Origin: a virus | IMG/VR virus record: IMGVR_UViG_3300047160_002053 | Coordinates: 1 to 64,000 of that record | Reading direction: 5' to 3' (one strand) | DNA: 64,000 bases | Shown here: piece after piece, positions 36,742 to 46,700 of the stretch | How positions within the stretch are numbered: the first letter of the stretch is position 1 | How the letters are laid out: the number at the start of each line of letters is the position of its first letter | Notes under the pieces: model-generated | What the model was told of the DNA's origin: nothing | What the model saw: only the letters and a program-made list of their open reading frames with translations | The model's database searches: none | Program-made: the position numbers and the translations under genes

Positions 36742-37712
36742 AATTCAATCTCGGCTGGGGCAATAGTGTTGCTGTCCGCGAGGCATTTCTTAACACCTAT
36801 CAGGGCAACATGATTGTATTCTCATACGACCGCCTGATGAATATGGATTATCCCACTCACGAGGGCGATCCTGCTTTGGTTGAATTGACCAAACAGGTCG
36901 TGAAGCGTCAGACTGGCCAGGATTACAAGCACCTGTTCTTAGTCAACGGCGCTACTGGCGGCGTCGTTATTGCGCTCCGTGCCTATGCTCAGCAGGGTTA
37001 CGAATTTGCTATGACTCGCAAGGCTCCTTTTTATGTCCGATATCCAAAAATGGTCGAAGCATCTGGTCTTAAGCATATCGAATTCACGCACCGATACCCT
37101 ATTCTTAAAACTTGTTTTTTACTAGATCTTCCGTCAAATCCTCTTGGGCTCCAGGATGAGTTGGCTATTCCTGGCGCTCCGCAGATCCTGGATGGCGTGT
37201 ATTACAACAATGTTTATATGCCATGGAGACCGATTTCCCTTCCCATGCACAAAACCATGATCGGTTCCTACTCAAAGCTACTTGGGATCAATGGTATTCG
37301 CGTAGGATGGCTTGCAACGAACGATGACGAGCTAGCTGTTCAGTATGCTCAGCTTGTAACTTCCGAGTATTGTGGCCTATCCCAGGCCTCTACGGACATC
37401 CTAAAAATCGCCCTACATGGGTATGATTGGGATCTGTTTGAGCAATCGGCCAGATTTAAACTAGATTGTAACCGTGAAGAATTCTCGAAACTTGAGAAAT
37501 ACTTCGGCGACACGCCTGTTCGGGACGTTGGAATGTTCTTCTATGGACCAATGGATTCTACGGCGCAGGCTCTATTCACGAAAGCAGGTATCTCTTGGAC
37601 TCCAGGATCGTCCATGGGGACCAATGATAGCTTCGCAAGATTCAATCTTGGCCAAAGTAATGCGGTGATTCGTGACGCTGTTGCGGCGGTTTTGAAGGCT
37701 GATCGCACATGA
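36735..37712 (+). CDS. PLP-dependent fold-type I aminotransferase/lyase
   Basis: NGAT, PSNP, DGVY, SYSKLLGINGIRVGW (PLP lysine), terminal ARFN. Confidence 0.85.
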   Translation: MVKFNLGWGNSVAVREAFLNTYQGNMIVFSYDRLMNMDYPTHEGDPALVELTKQVVKRQTGQDYKHLFLVNGATGGVVIALRAYAQQGYEFAMTRKAPFYVRYPKMVEASGLKHIEFTHRYPILKTCFLLDLPSNPLGLQDELAIPGAPQILDGVYYNNVYMPWRPISLPMHKTMIGSYSKLLGINGIRVGWLATNDDELAVQYAQLVTSEYCGLSQASTDILKIALHGYDWDLFEQSARFKLDCNREEFSKLEKYFGDTPVRDVGMFFYGPMDSTAQALFTKAGISWTPGSSMGTNDSFARFNLGQSNAVIRDAVAAVLKADRT

Positions 37713-37975
37713 AATTCAAGATTGGCGACCGAGTAGAAGTGATAAGTGCAGAAGATACTGGAACAGTCATCAATATCTATAAAAATGATGACAATGAAAT
37801 TATCGTTGCCGTCGAGATGGATCATCCAGAAAAGTTTGAACCCGTTCTACCAAAAGAATACCAGCACATTAAGACGGCTAAGCGTTGCGTTTGCCATACG
37901 ACTGAAGACGATGTTCGTCTATTAATTGGTCGTGGGTCTAAAGAATGGTCTACTCTGTGGGATTCCAATGAGTAA
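37709..37975 (+). CDS. Small SH3/KOW-like protein
   Basis: MKFKIGDRV...GTV. Confidence 0.6.
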   Translation: MKFKIGDRVEVISAEDTGTVINIYKNDDNEIIVAVEMDHPEKFEPVLPKEYQHIKTAKRCVCHTTEDDVRLLIGRGSKEWSTLWDSNE

Positions 37976-38210
37976 GTTCAAGCGCGGCGACCGTATTCAG
38001 TCTATCGAGAGACCAGACATCATAGGTACTATCACGCACATTGAAGAGACTGGAATGGCCTACATCGTTCTGGACAGTTTCATTACGATCAAAAATTTCC
38101 CTCCTTTGAAAGAGGGATACATCACGGCAGAAGTCGAAGCTGTCTTTAAGCTAATCGAGAAATCTGACTGGGCATCTATCTGGGATGACGCAGCGGAAGA
38201 AGATAAATAA
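37968..38210 (+). CDS. Small SH3/KOW-like protein
   Basis: MSKFKRGDRI...GTI. Confidence 0.6.
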   Translation: MSKFKRGDRIQSIERPDIIGTITHIEETGMAYIVLDSFITIKNFPPLKEGYITAEVEAVFKLIEKSDWASIWDDAAEEDK

Positions 38211-38240
38211 AGTTAGATATGGATCGCTATATCTAACTTT
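38209..38240. terminator. Bidirectional terminator between the convergent blocks
   Basis: 14-bp stem AAAGTTAGATATGG-ATCG-CTATATCTAACTTT at the strand switch. Confidence 0.75.
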
Positions 38241-38246
38241 TATGCC

Positions 38247-39233
38247 TTACTTGAGCTTAGTTTCTTGAGCCATACGGCGCATTGCATCCGGAATATAAGC
38301 TGACACTCGTCCATCACCAATGCCCGTACTGGAAGCGTCTTCATTTTGAGAGAAGAATGCGTGCATACATTGTGGAAGGTTCTGGGGTGTTTTCCCGAAC
38401 ATAGCGTCGAAGAGTTGATTGTGGTGCGTAGAGATTTTTTCATTGATAAACTTCATCGGGCGGACAATCCACCATTTTGGTCCAAAGACCTGCGCGTGCG
38501 TGTAAAGGTTCTTCATGGTGATATCTCGGACATACCAGAGACCGTTGTCTTTCGTGTACAGGACTGGCGAAAATGCCCAGTACCATCCACCCAAAAGAAG
38601 CCAGTGAGCCCAAAACAAGGCTTTGTATTGCCATCCCAGGTGATATCCTAGTGCAAGCAGGGCAGAAGTCGTATAGAATTGCGGACCTGCCATAGGCTGG
38701 CCGATACCGTAAGCGTCCGAGTCAGGACAGTAGTTTACACCGAAGTTGTTACAGCGCGTAGAAACCCATCCATTGTTTGAATCGGTCGTCGAGCAAGTAC
38801 CGAGATTCTTCAGGTAATTCTTGATGGCTTTTCTGATGATGTCATCGTCAGCCTTGTAGAATTGGTTGGCGAATCCGAACGCAGATACGACATCTCCAGA
38901 CACGAAATCTAGGTTTTCAGTGTTGTCTTCATTATAACGACGTAGGAAGTTTCCATTCGAGTCGAAGAGCTTCTGATAGCCAGATTCTTGAATGAAATTG
39001 TACATGGTGAAGGCACCATGGTTATCATCATTGTTCAGGAAGATGCCATCGTTACGGGTAGCCAAACCAAGAGCGACCGGAATGTCGGCATGGACCGGAT
39101 CTGGCTTATTTGCGACGTACTGGAACACAAACAAGCGCCAATAAAGATGAACTAGCGGGTATAGTGCCATCACGAGAAGTTGAAAAGGATATCCGAACAG
39201 AAGAAAAATTAACCAACGAACTAGAGCTTTCAT
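38247..39233 (-). CDS. Hypothetical protein with N-terminal membrane anchor
   Basis: 328 aa; hydrophobic N-terminus; last gene of the virion block. Confidence 0.75.
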   Translation of the reverse strand: MKALVRWLIFLLFGYPFQLLVMALYPLVHLYWRLFVFQYVANKPDPVHADIPVALGLATRNDGIFLNNDDNHGAFTMYNFIQESGYQKLFDSNGNFLRRYNEDNTENLDFVSGDVVSAFGFANQFYKADDDIIRKAIKNYLKNLGTCSTTDSNNGWVSTRCNNFGVNYCPDSDAYGIGQPMAGPQFYTTSALLALGYHLGWQYKALFWAHWLLLGGWYWAFSPVLYTKDNGLWYVRDITMKNLYTHAQVFGPKWWIVRPMKFINEKISTHHNQLFDAMFGKTPQNLPQCMHAFFSQNEDASSTGIGDGRVSAYIPDAMRRMAQETKLK

Positions 39234-39355
39234 GACAATCCAAGGGCGTGGCCCATGAGTTTGAGGAATTCTGAGATACAGTAACCCCAGAAAATAAAAA
39301 GCCCTACTAACAAAATCAGCAGGGCATCAGAACCATTAGGATCTTTGTTTTCCAT
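39230..39355 (-). CDS. Small single-TM protein (41 aa), not in the ORF track
   Basis: MENKDPNGSDALLILLVGLFIFWGYCISEFLKLMGHALGLS; coupled on both sides. Confidence 0.55.
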   Translation of the reverse strand: MENKDPNGSDALLILLVGLFIFWGYCISEFLKLMGHALGLS

Positions 39356-39873
39356 TACCAGCCAGCGAGAGGAGTAAATCCGCCCGATGCAGGGAAAGAT
39401 CCAGTAACAGTGGCAGGCAATACGCCCGATGCGAATCCAGCCTGAGCTTGGTGAATAAACAATCCAGTAGAGGGAGCGTTAAAAGCATTCTCTACGTTTG
39501 CAGTCGTATCTTGGATGTAAGCAAGCCAATAAGTCGTTCCCTGAACCAGATTGATAGGAGCAGTAAGAGCGTGATACGTTGGTCCGCCGCCTGCAGTCGA
39601 TACGCCAGCATAGTTTGCTGTGGTAACGACAGAGCTTTGTCCGAGCAACGCTGAAGGTAAGCCAGATACGCTGGTGTAGATTCCCATGACGCTTTTAATG
39701 CCTGCAGTTTGAGCAGATTTGAAGCAACTCATCGTAGTGATCGTACAGTTATTCTGTGCAGTAAACTGAACAAAATGCAAATCATTCGCAGACATACTGA
39801 ATGCAGTACCGGCAGTCGAGAAGACACCGATTTTTAATCCAGGGTTAAATTCAGCAATTGAAATTTTAGCCAT
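39355..39873 (-). CDS. Putative virion/tail accessory beta protein
   Basis: G/S/T/A-rich; LVQGTTYWLA motif. Confidence 0.6.
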   Translation of the reverse strand: MAKISIAEFNPGLKIGVFSTAGTAFSMSANDLHFVQFTAQNNCTITTMSCFKSAQTAGIKSVMGIYTSVSGLPSALLGQSSVVTTANYAGVSTAGGGPTYHALTAPINLVQGTTYWLAYIQDTTANVENAFNAPSTGLFIHQAQAGFASGVLPATVTGSFPASGGFTPLAGW

Positions 39874-39881
39874 ATAAATCC

Positions 39882-40343
39882 TTAGTCGTTCGCAGACCAG
39901 CTTGCAATCGGGACGCGAAAATAAACAGCAGTGAAAACACCATTGTTCGTAACGGCGTTACCGTTAGCAGGAGTCAGGTCGTTAGTTGCAGACGAGTAAT
40001 CATCCGCAAAGTAAATCAGGTTAGCATTCGTGGCCGTACAAACGACCATGTAGCCCGCACCGGACGCCAAATTCTCACCGTATGTCCCAACGAATTGGCC
40101 AGCCTGAGTAGAAGTTGCGTTGATAGGAAGATAGCTTGCATCGACCAATAAACCATTAGGCAAAGTCAAAGAAGCAAGAACACCCTGAACCGTACCGGAC
40201 GTAAAATATCCGTATGCGACTAGGAACTTTCCTTCACGGACCCATTGGAATTGAACCGGACTAGCCGTACCAAATCCAGTCAGCGTGGGCGTCCACGACT
40301 GAGGATCTTTATTTAAAACAAATACGCCGCTAGTTTTTAGCAT
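39882..40343 (-). CDS. Putative tail fibre tip-like protein
   Basis: SWTPTLTG...WVREGK...LTLPNG pattern seen in fibre C-terminal domains. Confidence 0.55.
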   Translation of the reverse strand: MLKTSGVFVLNKDPQSWTPTLTGFGTASPVQFQWVREGKFLVAYGYFTSGTVQGVLASLTLPNGLLVDASYLPINATSTQAGQFVGTYGENLASGAGYMVVCTATNANLIYFADDYSSATNDLTPANGNAVTNNGVFTAVYFRVPIASWSAND

Positions 40344-40355
40344 GAAAGACCTCTA

Positions 40356-41024
40356 TTAGAACCAAGCAGCAGAGAGCGACAAACCCAAGTATGCTTCGAT
40401 CTTGTTAACGTAGCTCAGCAAGCGTGCGCCAGTCACGTATTTCGCATCGTAAGATGCAGACGGAATAGCTTTTGCGCGGCTGATCGCAACGGTTGGCGAA
40501 CCAGATTGCAGGGCAGTCAAGACTGGAGTCATGGTGTCCAGAACCGATTCAGTTTTACCGTCTTGGGTGATTCCCAAAGCGATATTTTCTGCGTTGAATT
40601 GAATTAACAGATTCGTGCTGAAATTTTGAATGCCTTCCACCTGAGCTTTGATTGCTGCCATCTGTGCATTTGCAGTATAGGCAACGGCTTCAGCAGAATT
40701 CGATTGAATCGAATCCCACTTAGTTTGAACTTGCTGAGCAATCGAAGGATCGCCAGTAGGTTCCGAAGTGGTAACGTTCACCATTTGCGTTTCAGGTTGA
40801 CCTTGGCCATCCAAAACGGGATTGCCCTGATCGTCAAGAACAGGTTGAGAGACTTGCGTTGTAACGTCATGCATAGGAACTGCTTCAGGGTCCGCATTGA
40901 ACCATAAAGTTAGCTGAATGTCTGCACTGTTTCCTTGATAGGAAGCAGTGAGAGCTTTCGCCCATGCGTCAATCGAGGGAAGATCGACGTTGAAAGTTTT
41001 CCAAGGTAATTGAATTGAATACAT
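40356..41024 (-). CDS. Putative tail fibre assembly/accessory protein
   Basis: Follows the fibre genes; PVLDDQGNPVLDGQG repeat. Confidence 0.5.
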   Translation of the reverse strand: MYSIQLPWKTFNVDLPSIDAWAKALTASYQGNSADIQLTLWFNADPEAVPMHDVTTQVSQPVLDDQGNPVLDGQGQPETQMVNVTTSEPTGDPSIAQQVQTKWDSIQSNSAEAVAYTANAQMAAIKAQVEGIQNFSTNLLIQFNAENIALGITQDGKTESVLDTMTPVLTALQSGSPTVAISRAKAIPSASYDAKYVTGARLLSYVNKIEAYLGLSLSAAWF

Positions 41025-41034
41025 CGTATTCTCC

Positions 41035-43680
41035 TTATTGTTCTTCTACAGTTAAGATACGGCTTTGTGCGGCAGTGCTAACTGCCGAGCTTGCCGGACT
41101 TCTCCAGTAAACCGCAATCGTGTGCGTTCCAGGAGAAAGGTTAAAGATACCATCAAACGGTGAGTATGCCGCAGTCGTTGCCGTAACGCCTTGTGCATCG
41201 AATACCTGAACACCATCAATAAATAGAGCAGTGTTAACGCCGTTAGATCCGTTCGAGGTCATCTGAACGTTGTACGAGATACGAACGCGGTTGCCCTTGA
41301 TCTTGATTTTGACCATCATATCTGGCATCGGCACGTATGTCGCGCTAGAAGTCGAAGGCGATACCGATTGGCCAGTTGCCTGAGCCCACGCTTTTGGCGT
41401 AGGGGCATTAATGACTGCAGTCGTATTGCGGTTATCCGAGATGCTTTGCGAACCGACCAAAGTCGAATTCATGATGTCGTTGTTAGCGAACTTATAAGCA
41501 TGGATCGGAGTAATGATATTGATATTTTGGATCTGAATACCAGGAGTACCAGACGTTTTTGCAATCGTAACCGTATGGAAACCAAGAGTCAGTCCGGTGA
41601 ATTCGACGCGGCAAGGAGCGCGAGCGGTAGTCGTGGTCGAGGTATAGATACCCGAGCCCGAGTTAACCATGTTACTACGTGCGACACCAGTAGAATTCAA
41701 TGCGCCGTCAACAGTGACAGAGTACGCATAGGTTCCTCCGGATTGTCCCCACATGGAAATGTTAAATCCAGTTCCGAAGAAAGTGAAATTAACGTTGTCG
41801 CCGTTTGTACCAGAGTTAGACGTGTTACCAGTCGTACTTGCATTATCTACGCCGATAATAGACCAGCCAGCGCCAGTATATGTGAATTCACGAACTGGCG
41901 ACTTAAGCAAGACACCAGTAGGCATCTGCGTGTTATCAGTAGTCGAAGTTGCAGTCGTACCGTCATAGTTTGCGAAGTTATTGAAATCCGCAAGTTCGAC
42001 CGTTCCTGAAGGAAGCGTAGGCTTCTTAGGTTGATAGATGGCAAACTTAACGATACCAGGAGCATTCAGGGATGCACTTCCATTGCTGAGTTTCAATGTG
42101 TGGGTTCCGTAAGGAAGACCAGACGCCAATTTAACCCAAACAGGATTCTGAGTAGTCGTATAAGTAGTGGTTCCGATTGAGGCACCGCCATCAATCGAAT
42201 AAGTCATGCTGCGCGTGAAGCCTGTTGCGGTTTGTTGCAACATAACGTCGATACCAGTTCCGATGAAAACCAAAAGCGTGAAGTTGGCGGTTCCAGAAAG
42301 AACCGACAATGCTTCACCGATGTTCGGATCAATGATACCGTTTAGAGAAGAAAGAGTAGTCAGGTTATCAGAAAGCGTGAATGCTTTGTTCGCAGCAGAA
42401 GATCCGAGCGACATAAAATCATCAGAACGCGAGCTTCCGAATTCACGGAAATGAACGATCTGTGCGATCTCTTCATTCTGGTGATTCGTATTCGTGAAGG
42501 TCAGCGAAGTAGCATCGACCGCCTGGAAAGCCGTACCGATAGTTCCGTCGCCATTTTGGTAAACGAGAGTACGTCCACCTTTAGTTCCGGTGATACCAGC
42601 ATTGTAAGCAAAAGTCACTGCCGAAGCGGTAGTGTATTTTTTACCCTGAATATATGCAATACCAGGATTTACTTGAACGTTTGCAGCGGTAGTATTGACT
42701 GTGATAACTTCAATGCTTTGTACGCGAGCAGCAGCAGTAGCCGAGTTAGCACGGATCTTAACGGTGTGAACGCCAAGAGTCAAGCCAGAAGCAACGTTGA
42801 TACCTTGGAAGGTATCGTAGTTACGATTCGTCAAAGCACTGCTGTAAGTGGTTCCAGTCCAGATATTCGATCCTTCTGCGCCGCCGTCAACAGATACGCG
42901 GAAATCGTTAGCGACCGAGTACGTTTGGAAACCAATGTTTAAGCCGGTTCCATAGAAAGTAACTTCCATGAAATCGTTTAGAACGGCGAAAGAAACACCT
43001 GCACCAGAAGCGTCGCCGCTTGAAAGGATCGCTCCACCGAAGCGGATCTGTCCGAAAATATCTCCGATAACGCCATAAATCGGCTCTAGGTTAGGACCAA
43101 ATTCACCTTGAATTTGGTACGCACCAGGGACCGGCATACGATCAAAACCAATCTGCGCTTTCAAGTTCGACGAAAGATCGGTGATGGATGCACGGTTCGT
43201 GATCGAAGAATAGAAAGTACCTGCGGCTGGAGTTCCAGTCGTAGAGGTAGCCGACATCAAAGAAGTCTGGTTAATGACTGCCTGGAATGAATTTCCTTGT
43301 GCTTCGTACAATTGGACAAAGCGATTGTCCATTGCGAATTCGGCTTCTTTTTTGAGGCCTAGAAGGAATGCTTGAATGTTCAGGTTGATATTAATCGGGC
43401 TGTTAAGCGTGATCTGACTAGAATAGCCGTTAGATCCAATGGCCGTGAACGTATAGTCGTTCGTGGAGCCCAGGCGCAATTTTTTACCGTCAACGAATAG
43501 CCAGAATTGATCTGGTTGATTCACTGTGTCAACGCTAAAAGAAAGGTTGATGACGGTCTGGCTCGCAGTCGAAACTGCGTAATAGCTAGACATTACAGGC
43601 TGTTGCGGCGCAAACGGCAGATCCTGATTGGTCTGCTTTTTGACGTTCGCTTTTGAATTTAAACTCTGAGTAACAGGCAT
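41035..43680 (-). CDS. Tail fibre/receptor-binding protein A
   Basis: 881 aa; three F.GTG...VDG...GL..G.HT(V/L) beta modules; paralog of the next gene. Confidence 0.7.
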   Translation of the reverse strand: MPVTQSLNSKANVKKQTNQDLPFAPQQPVMSSYYAVSTASQTVINLSFSVDTVNQPDQFWLFVDGKKLRLGSTNDYTFTAIGSNGYSSQITLNSPININLNIQAFLLGLKKEAEFAMDNRFVQLYEAQGNSFQAVINQTSLMSATSTTGTPAAGTFYSSITNRASITDLSSNLKAQIGFDRMPVPGAYQIQGEFGPNLEPIYGVIGDIFGQIRFGGAILSSGDASGAGVSFAVLNDFMEVTFYGTGLNIGFQTYSVANDFRVSVDGGAEGSNIWTGTTYSSALTNRNYDTFQGINVASGLTLGVHTVKIRANSATAAARVQSIEVITVNTTAANVQVNPGIAYIQGKKYTTASAVTFAYNAGITGTKGGRTLVYQNGDGTIGTAFQAVDATSLTFTNTNHQNEEIAQIVHFREFGSSRSDDFMSLGSSAANKAFTLSDNLTTLSSLNGIIDPNIGEALSVLSGTANFTLLVFIGTGIDVMLQQTATGFTRSMTYSIDGGASIGTTTYTTTQNPVWVKLASGLPYGTHTLKLSNGSASLNAPGIVKFAIYQPKKPTLPSGTVELADFNNFANYDGTTATSTTDNTQMPTGVLLKSPVREFTYTGAGWSIIGVDNASTTGNTSNSGTNGDNVNFTFFGTGFNISMWGQSGGTYAYSVTVDGALNSTGVARSNMVNSGSGIYTSTTTTARAPCRVEFTGLTLGFHTVTIAKTSGTPGIQIQNINIITPIHAYKFANNDIMNSTLVGSQSISDNRNTTAVINAPTPKAWAQATGQSVSPSTSSATYVPMPDMMVKIKIKGNRVRISYNVQMTSNGSNGVNTALFIDGVQVFDAQGVTATTAAYSPFDGIFNLSPGTHTIAVYWRSPASSAVSTAAQSRILTVEEQ

Positions 43681-43699
43681 CTTAACCCTCTTGTATCAT

Positions 43700-43709
43700 A
43701 TCTAAGATT
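43700..43709 (-). promoter_or_regulatory. Candidate late promoter AATCTTAGAT
   Basis: Intergenic, 19 nt upstream of ATG 43680; the motif recurs. Confidence 0.5.
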
Positions 43710-43713
43710 GCGA

Positions 43714-46700
43714 TTAGGCTTCTTCCACCAGCAACGAGCGGCCAGTGCCGTTAGCCGTAAGTGTTCCCGATGCAGTTGTCCAGAAGATATCGTATTTATG
43801 GATACCAGGAGAAACGTATGCGTAATAGACCAAAGTGGTCGTCTCGCTAGATCCTCCAGTAATCTGGTTATAAATAGGCGATCCATCGACATAGAAGCCA
43901 AATGCAGGTGCAGCGTTAGTGGTTGCCCAGTTAACGTACATAGTAATTTTAACACGTCCGCTCTTATTGGTATGAGTCACAGACAGATCTGGGACTGGAA
44001 CCATCAGAGATGAACTGGTCGTTGGGCTTGAGTTCGTACCGAAAGCCTGTGCAACGTTTTTGGTCTGCAAGTTGCTATCTTTGATCGGAGTCGTTTTTCT
44101 CAAATCTGCCAAAGGCGCAGATCCAATAGGAAGTGAGTTCTGACCACTGTATAGCGAATTATTGCGAACGTTATGGATAGGCGTAACGATATCGACACCT
44201 TCGTAGCCAAACGAAGTGGCTGCATTCTGAGTTAACACAACAAGGTGCAAACCAAGAGCAAGTCCAGAAACGCGCAGACCGTTACCGAAAGATCCGGTTC
44301 CGTTCGAGGTAGCGACACCAGTCGTTCCGACAAATGAAGTCCAGTTTCCGTAGAAGCTAGTCGTGGCTCCCAAAGTACCAGTCAAGTTAGCGACACCATC
44401 AACAGTCACGTTGAAAGTATTGGACGCGACCGGCGTAGACATACGAAGATCGAATCCAGTTCCGTAGAAGTAGAAACGAACAGTATTCGCAGCAGCTGCA
44501 CCTATGAAACGAATGCCCTCGATAGAACCTGCGGTTCCACCTTGAGAAGAAGGAGCTTCCGTATTCCATGTTCCAGTATAGATGTGCTCACGAACTGCTC
44601 CGCGACGAAGCATACCAGTTCCGATAAATTCGGCACCAGGAGTCGCGTTAGCAACGAAAGTTGCCATCACATTGTATTCGGCAAGTTCAATTGCGCCAGT
44701 AGGAAGCGTAGGCTTCTTAGGTTGGTAAGCAGTGAAGTATTTGAACACGCGGCTGTTAGAAGCAGAAGTAGAACGAAGTAATTTAACAGTGTGGGTTCCG
44801 TAAGGAAGACCAGACACAAGTTTTTGAGTTCTAACGCGGTTAACAACCGATAAACTATCCAAACTTCCAATGGTAGTTCCGTCAACGATAACTGAACAAA
44901 CATCGGCAGTAGAAGTATTGTCTTCATAAATGGTCAGATCGCAACCTGTTCCAACGAACGTGAACGTGATAAAGTTACCAGTTCCGACAGGGAATGCTCC
45001 ATCGGCTTGGTTTGTTCCCGAGTTGTTCGAGATGTTACGACCGACCATAGCGGTGATACCATCTTCTAGAGTGAAAGCACGGTCAACGCTTGCTCCTGGA
45101 GCAGAGAAATCATCCGAACGGTTCGCGCCGAATTCACGGAAGTAGTAATTATGGTATGCTTCTTCGTTACTGTGATCTGCTGCAGTCATGTTCAGCTGAG
45201 ATCCAACAGGATTCAAAGCCTTCCCGATAGTTCCATCAGATTTCTGATAAATCAATACGCGACCGCCACGGCTACCAAGGGTTCCCGTGTCGAAAGAAGA
45301 TGCATATGCAGAAGAAACTTGCGATGCCAGAGACAGTTTTTGGCCCGAAACGTAAGAAACGCCAGGGTTAACCGCAATAGCGGTAGTTTCTGTTAGGACG
45401 TTAAATCCGTAAACAGTGATACCCGAAGTGCTGTTGTTACGGAGTTTAACCGTGTGAACACCAAGGGTCAAACCAGACACCAAGTTCAATTGTTGATACG
45501 TGTTGTATCCACGAGCAGCTGCGACAGCTGAATAGTTCCCGTAGATATTTGCACCTTCAGTTCCACCGTCAACCGTAACGCGAATGTCACGACCAGTAGT
45601 TCCTGCGAACGTAAACATGTTCAGGCCAGTTCCGTAGAACACTACTTCAACGTAATCGTTAGCAACATTCGTGAAAGGTCCGTTACCGTTAGTATCTACG
45701 ACGTTTGCCCAGTTTCCACCGACAAAACGAACTTGACCAAACAAATCGCCGACAGATCCCCAGACTTGTTCGCCAGAAGAGCCGAATTCGTTGTTGATAC
45801 CGTAGATCACTTGGGTAAGAATACGATCTTCACCCATACGCGCTTTCAAGTCCTGAGACAGATCAGGAATTGCGGCGCGATTAGAAACTTGCGAATAATA
45901 AGCGCCAGCAGCAGGAACGCCAGTCGTGGTCGTAGGATTTAAAACAGAGTTCTGAGAAATAAACGATTGGAAACCGTTAGTCATGATCTCTTGTTGCGAA
46001 GAGATATTGGTCGTATTGATGGTCGAGTTGTCAACGATTTGAGTACGTTGGAACACTTCAACCGACAAGTTATACTTGCTGTAGTCACGATCCAAAAGAA
46101 TCGACGTAGAGGAAAGTTCAGTGAAAGATGCATCCGGAGTCAAAGTCGAGTTGACAAATCGCGGGATCTTCTGACCGTTAACCCAAACTTCGATAGCCGA
46201 AGCGGTTGTACCAGCATAGACACCAACGGCGTACTGCCAAGTCAGTTGCAGAGAAGTCTTGCCGCCAGACGATCCAACCGTACAGTTGATCGGCGTACCA
46301 ACGCTGTTTGTGAATGCATAGGCAGAGTTAGCGATACCGCCAGACGTTCCAGAAGTAGTCTTCTGCATGAACGCTTTGTACATGATAAGATTCGAGATAC
46401 CCGAACCAGACGTTTGGTTTGCGAAGAAACGCAAGTACAGTGAAGTACCAGCAGACAAAAGAGAAGTCGAGTTCTCAGTGTCGGTTTCGTTCGTGTTGCG
46501 AACACCAACGGTCGTAAAGTTCGTATTGTCATTCGACGCAACAAAACCAATAACAGGGGTCGTATTCGGAGTAAAGATATTCGAGTTTGCAGTCGAGTTA
46601 TCTTTATAGTCAACCAAGACATCGGAGAACGTCGAAGCGCCGAAAGCGGCAGAAATTGCTGCTCCATCCACTGCGAAGTTGTAGATATCTTTGGTGTAAA

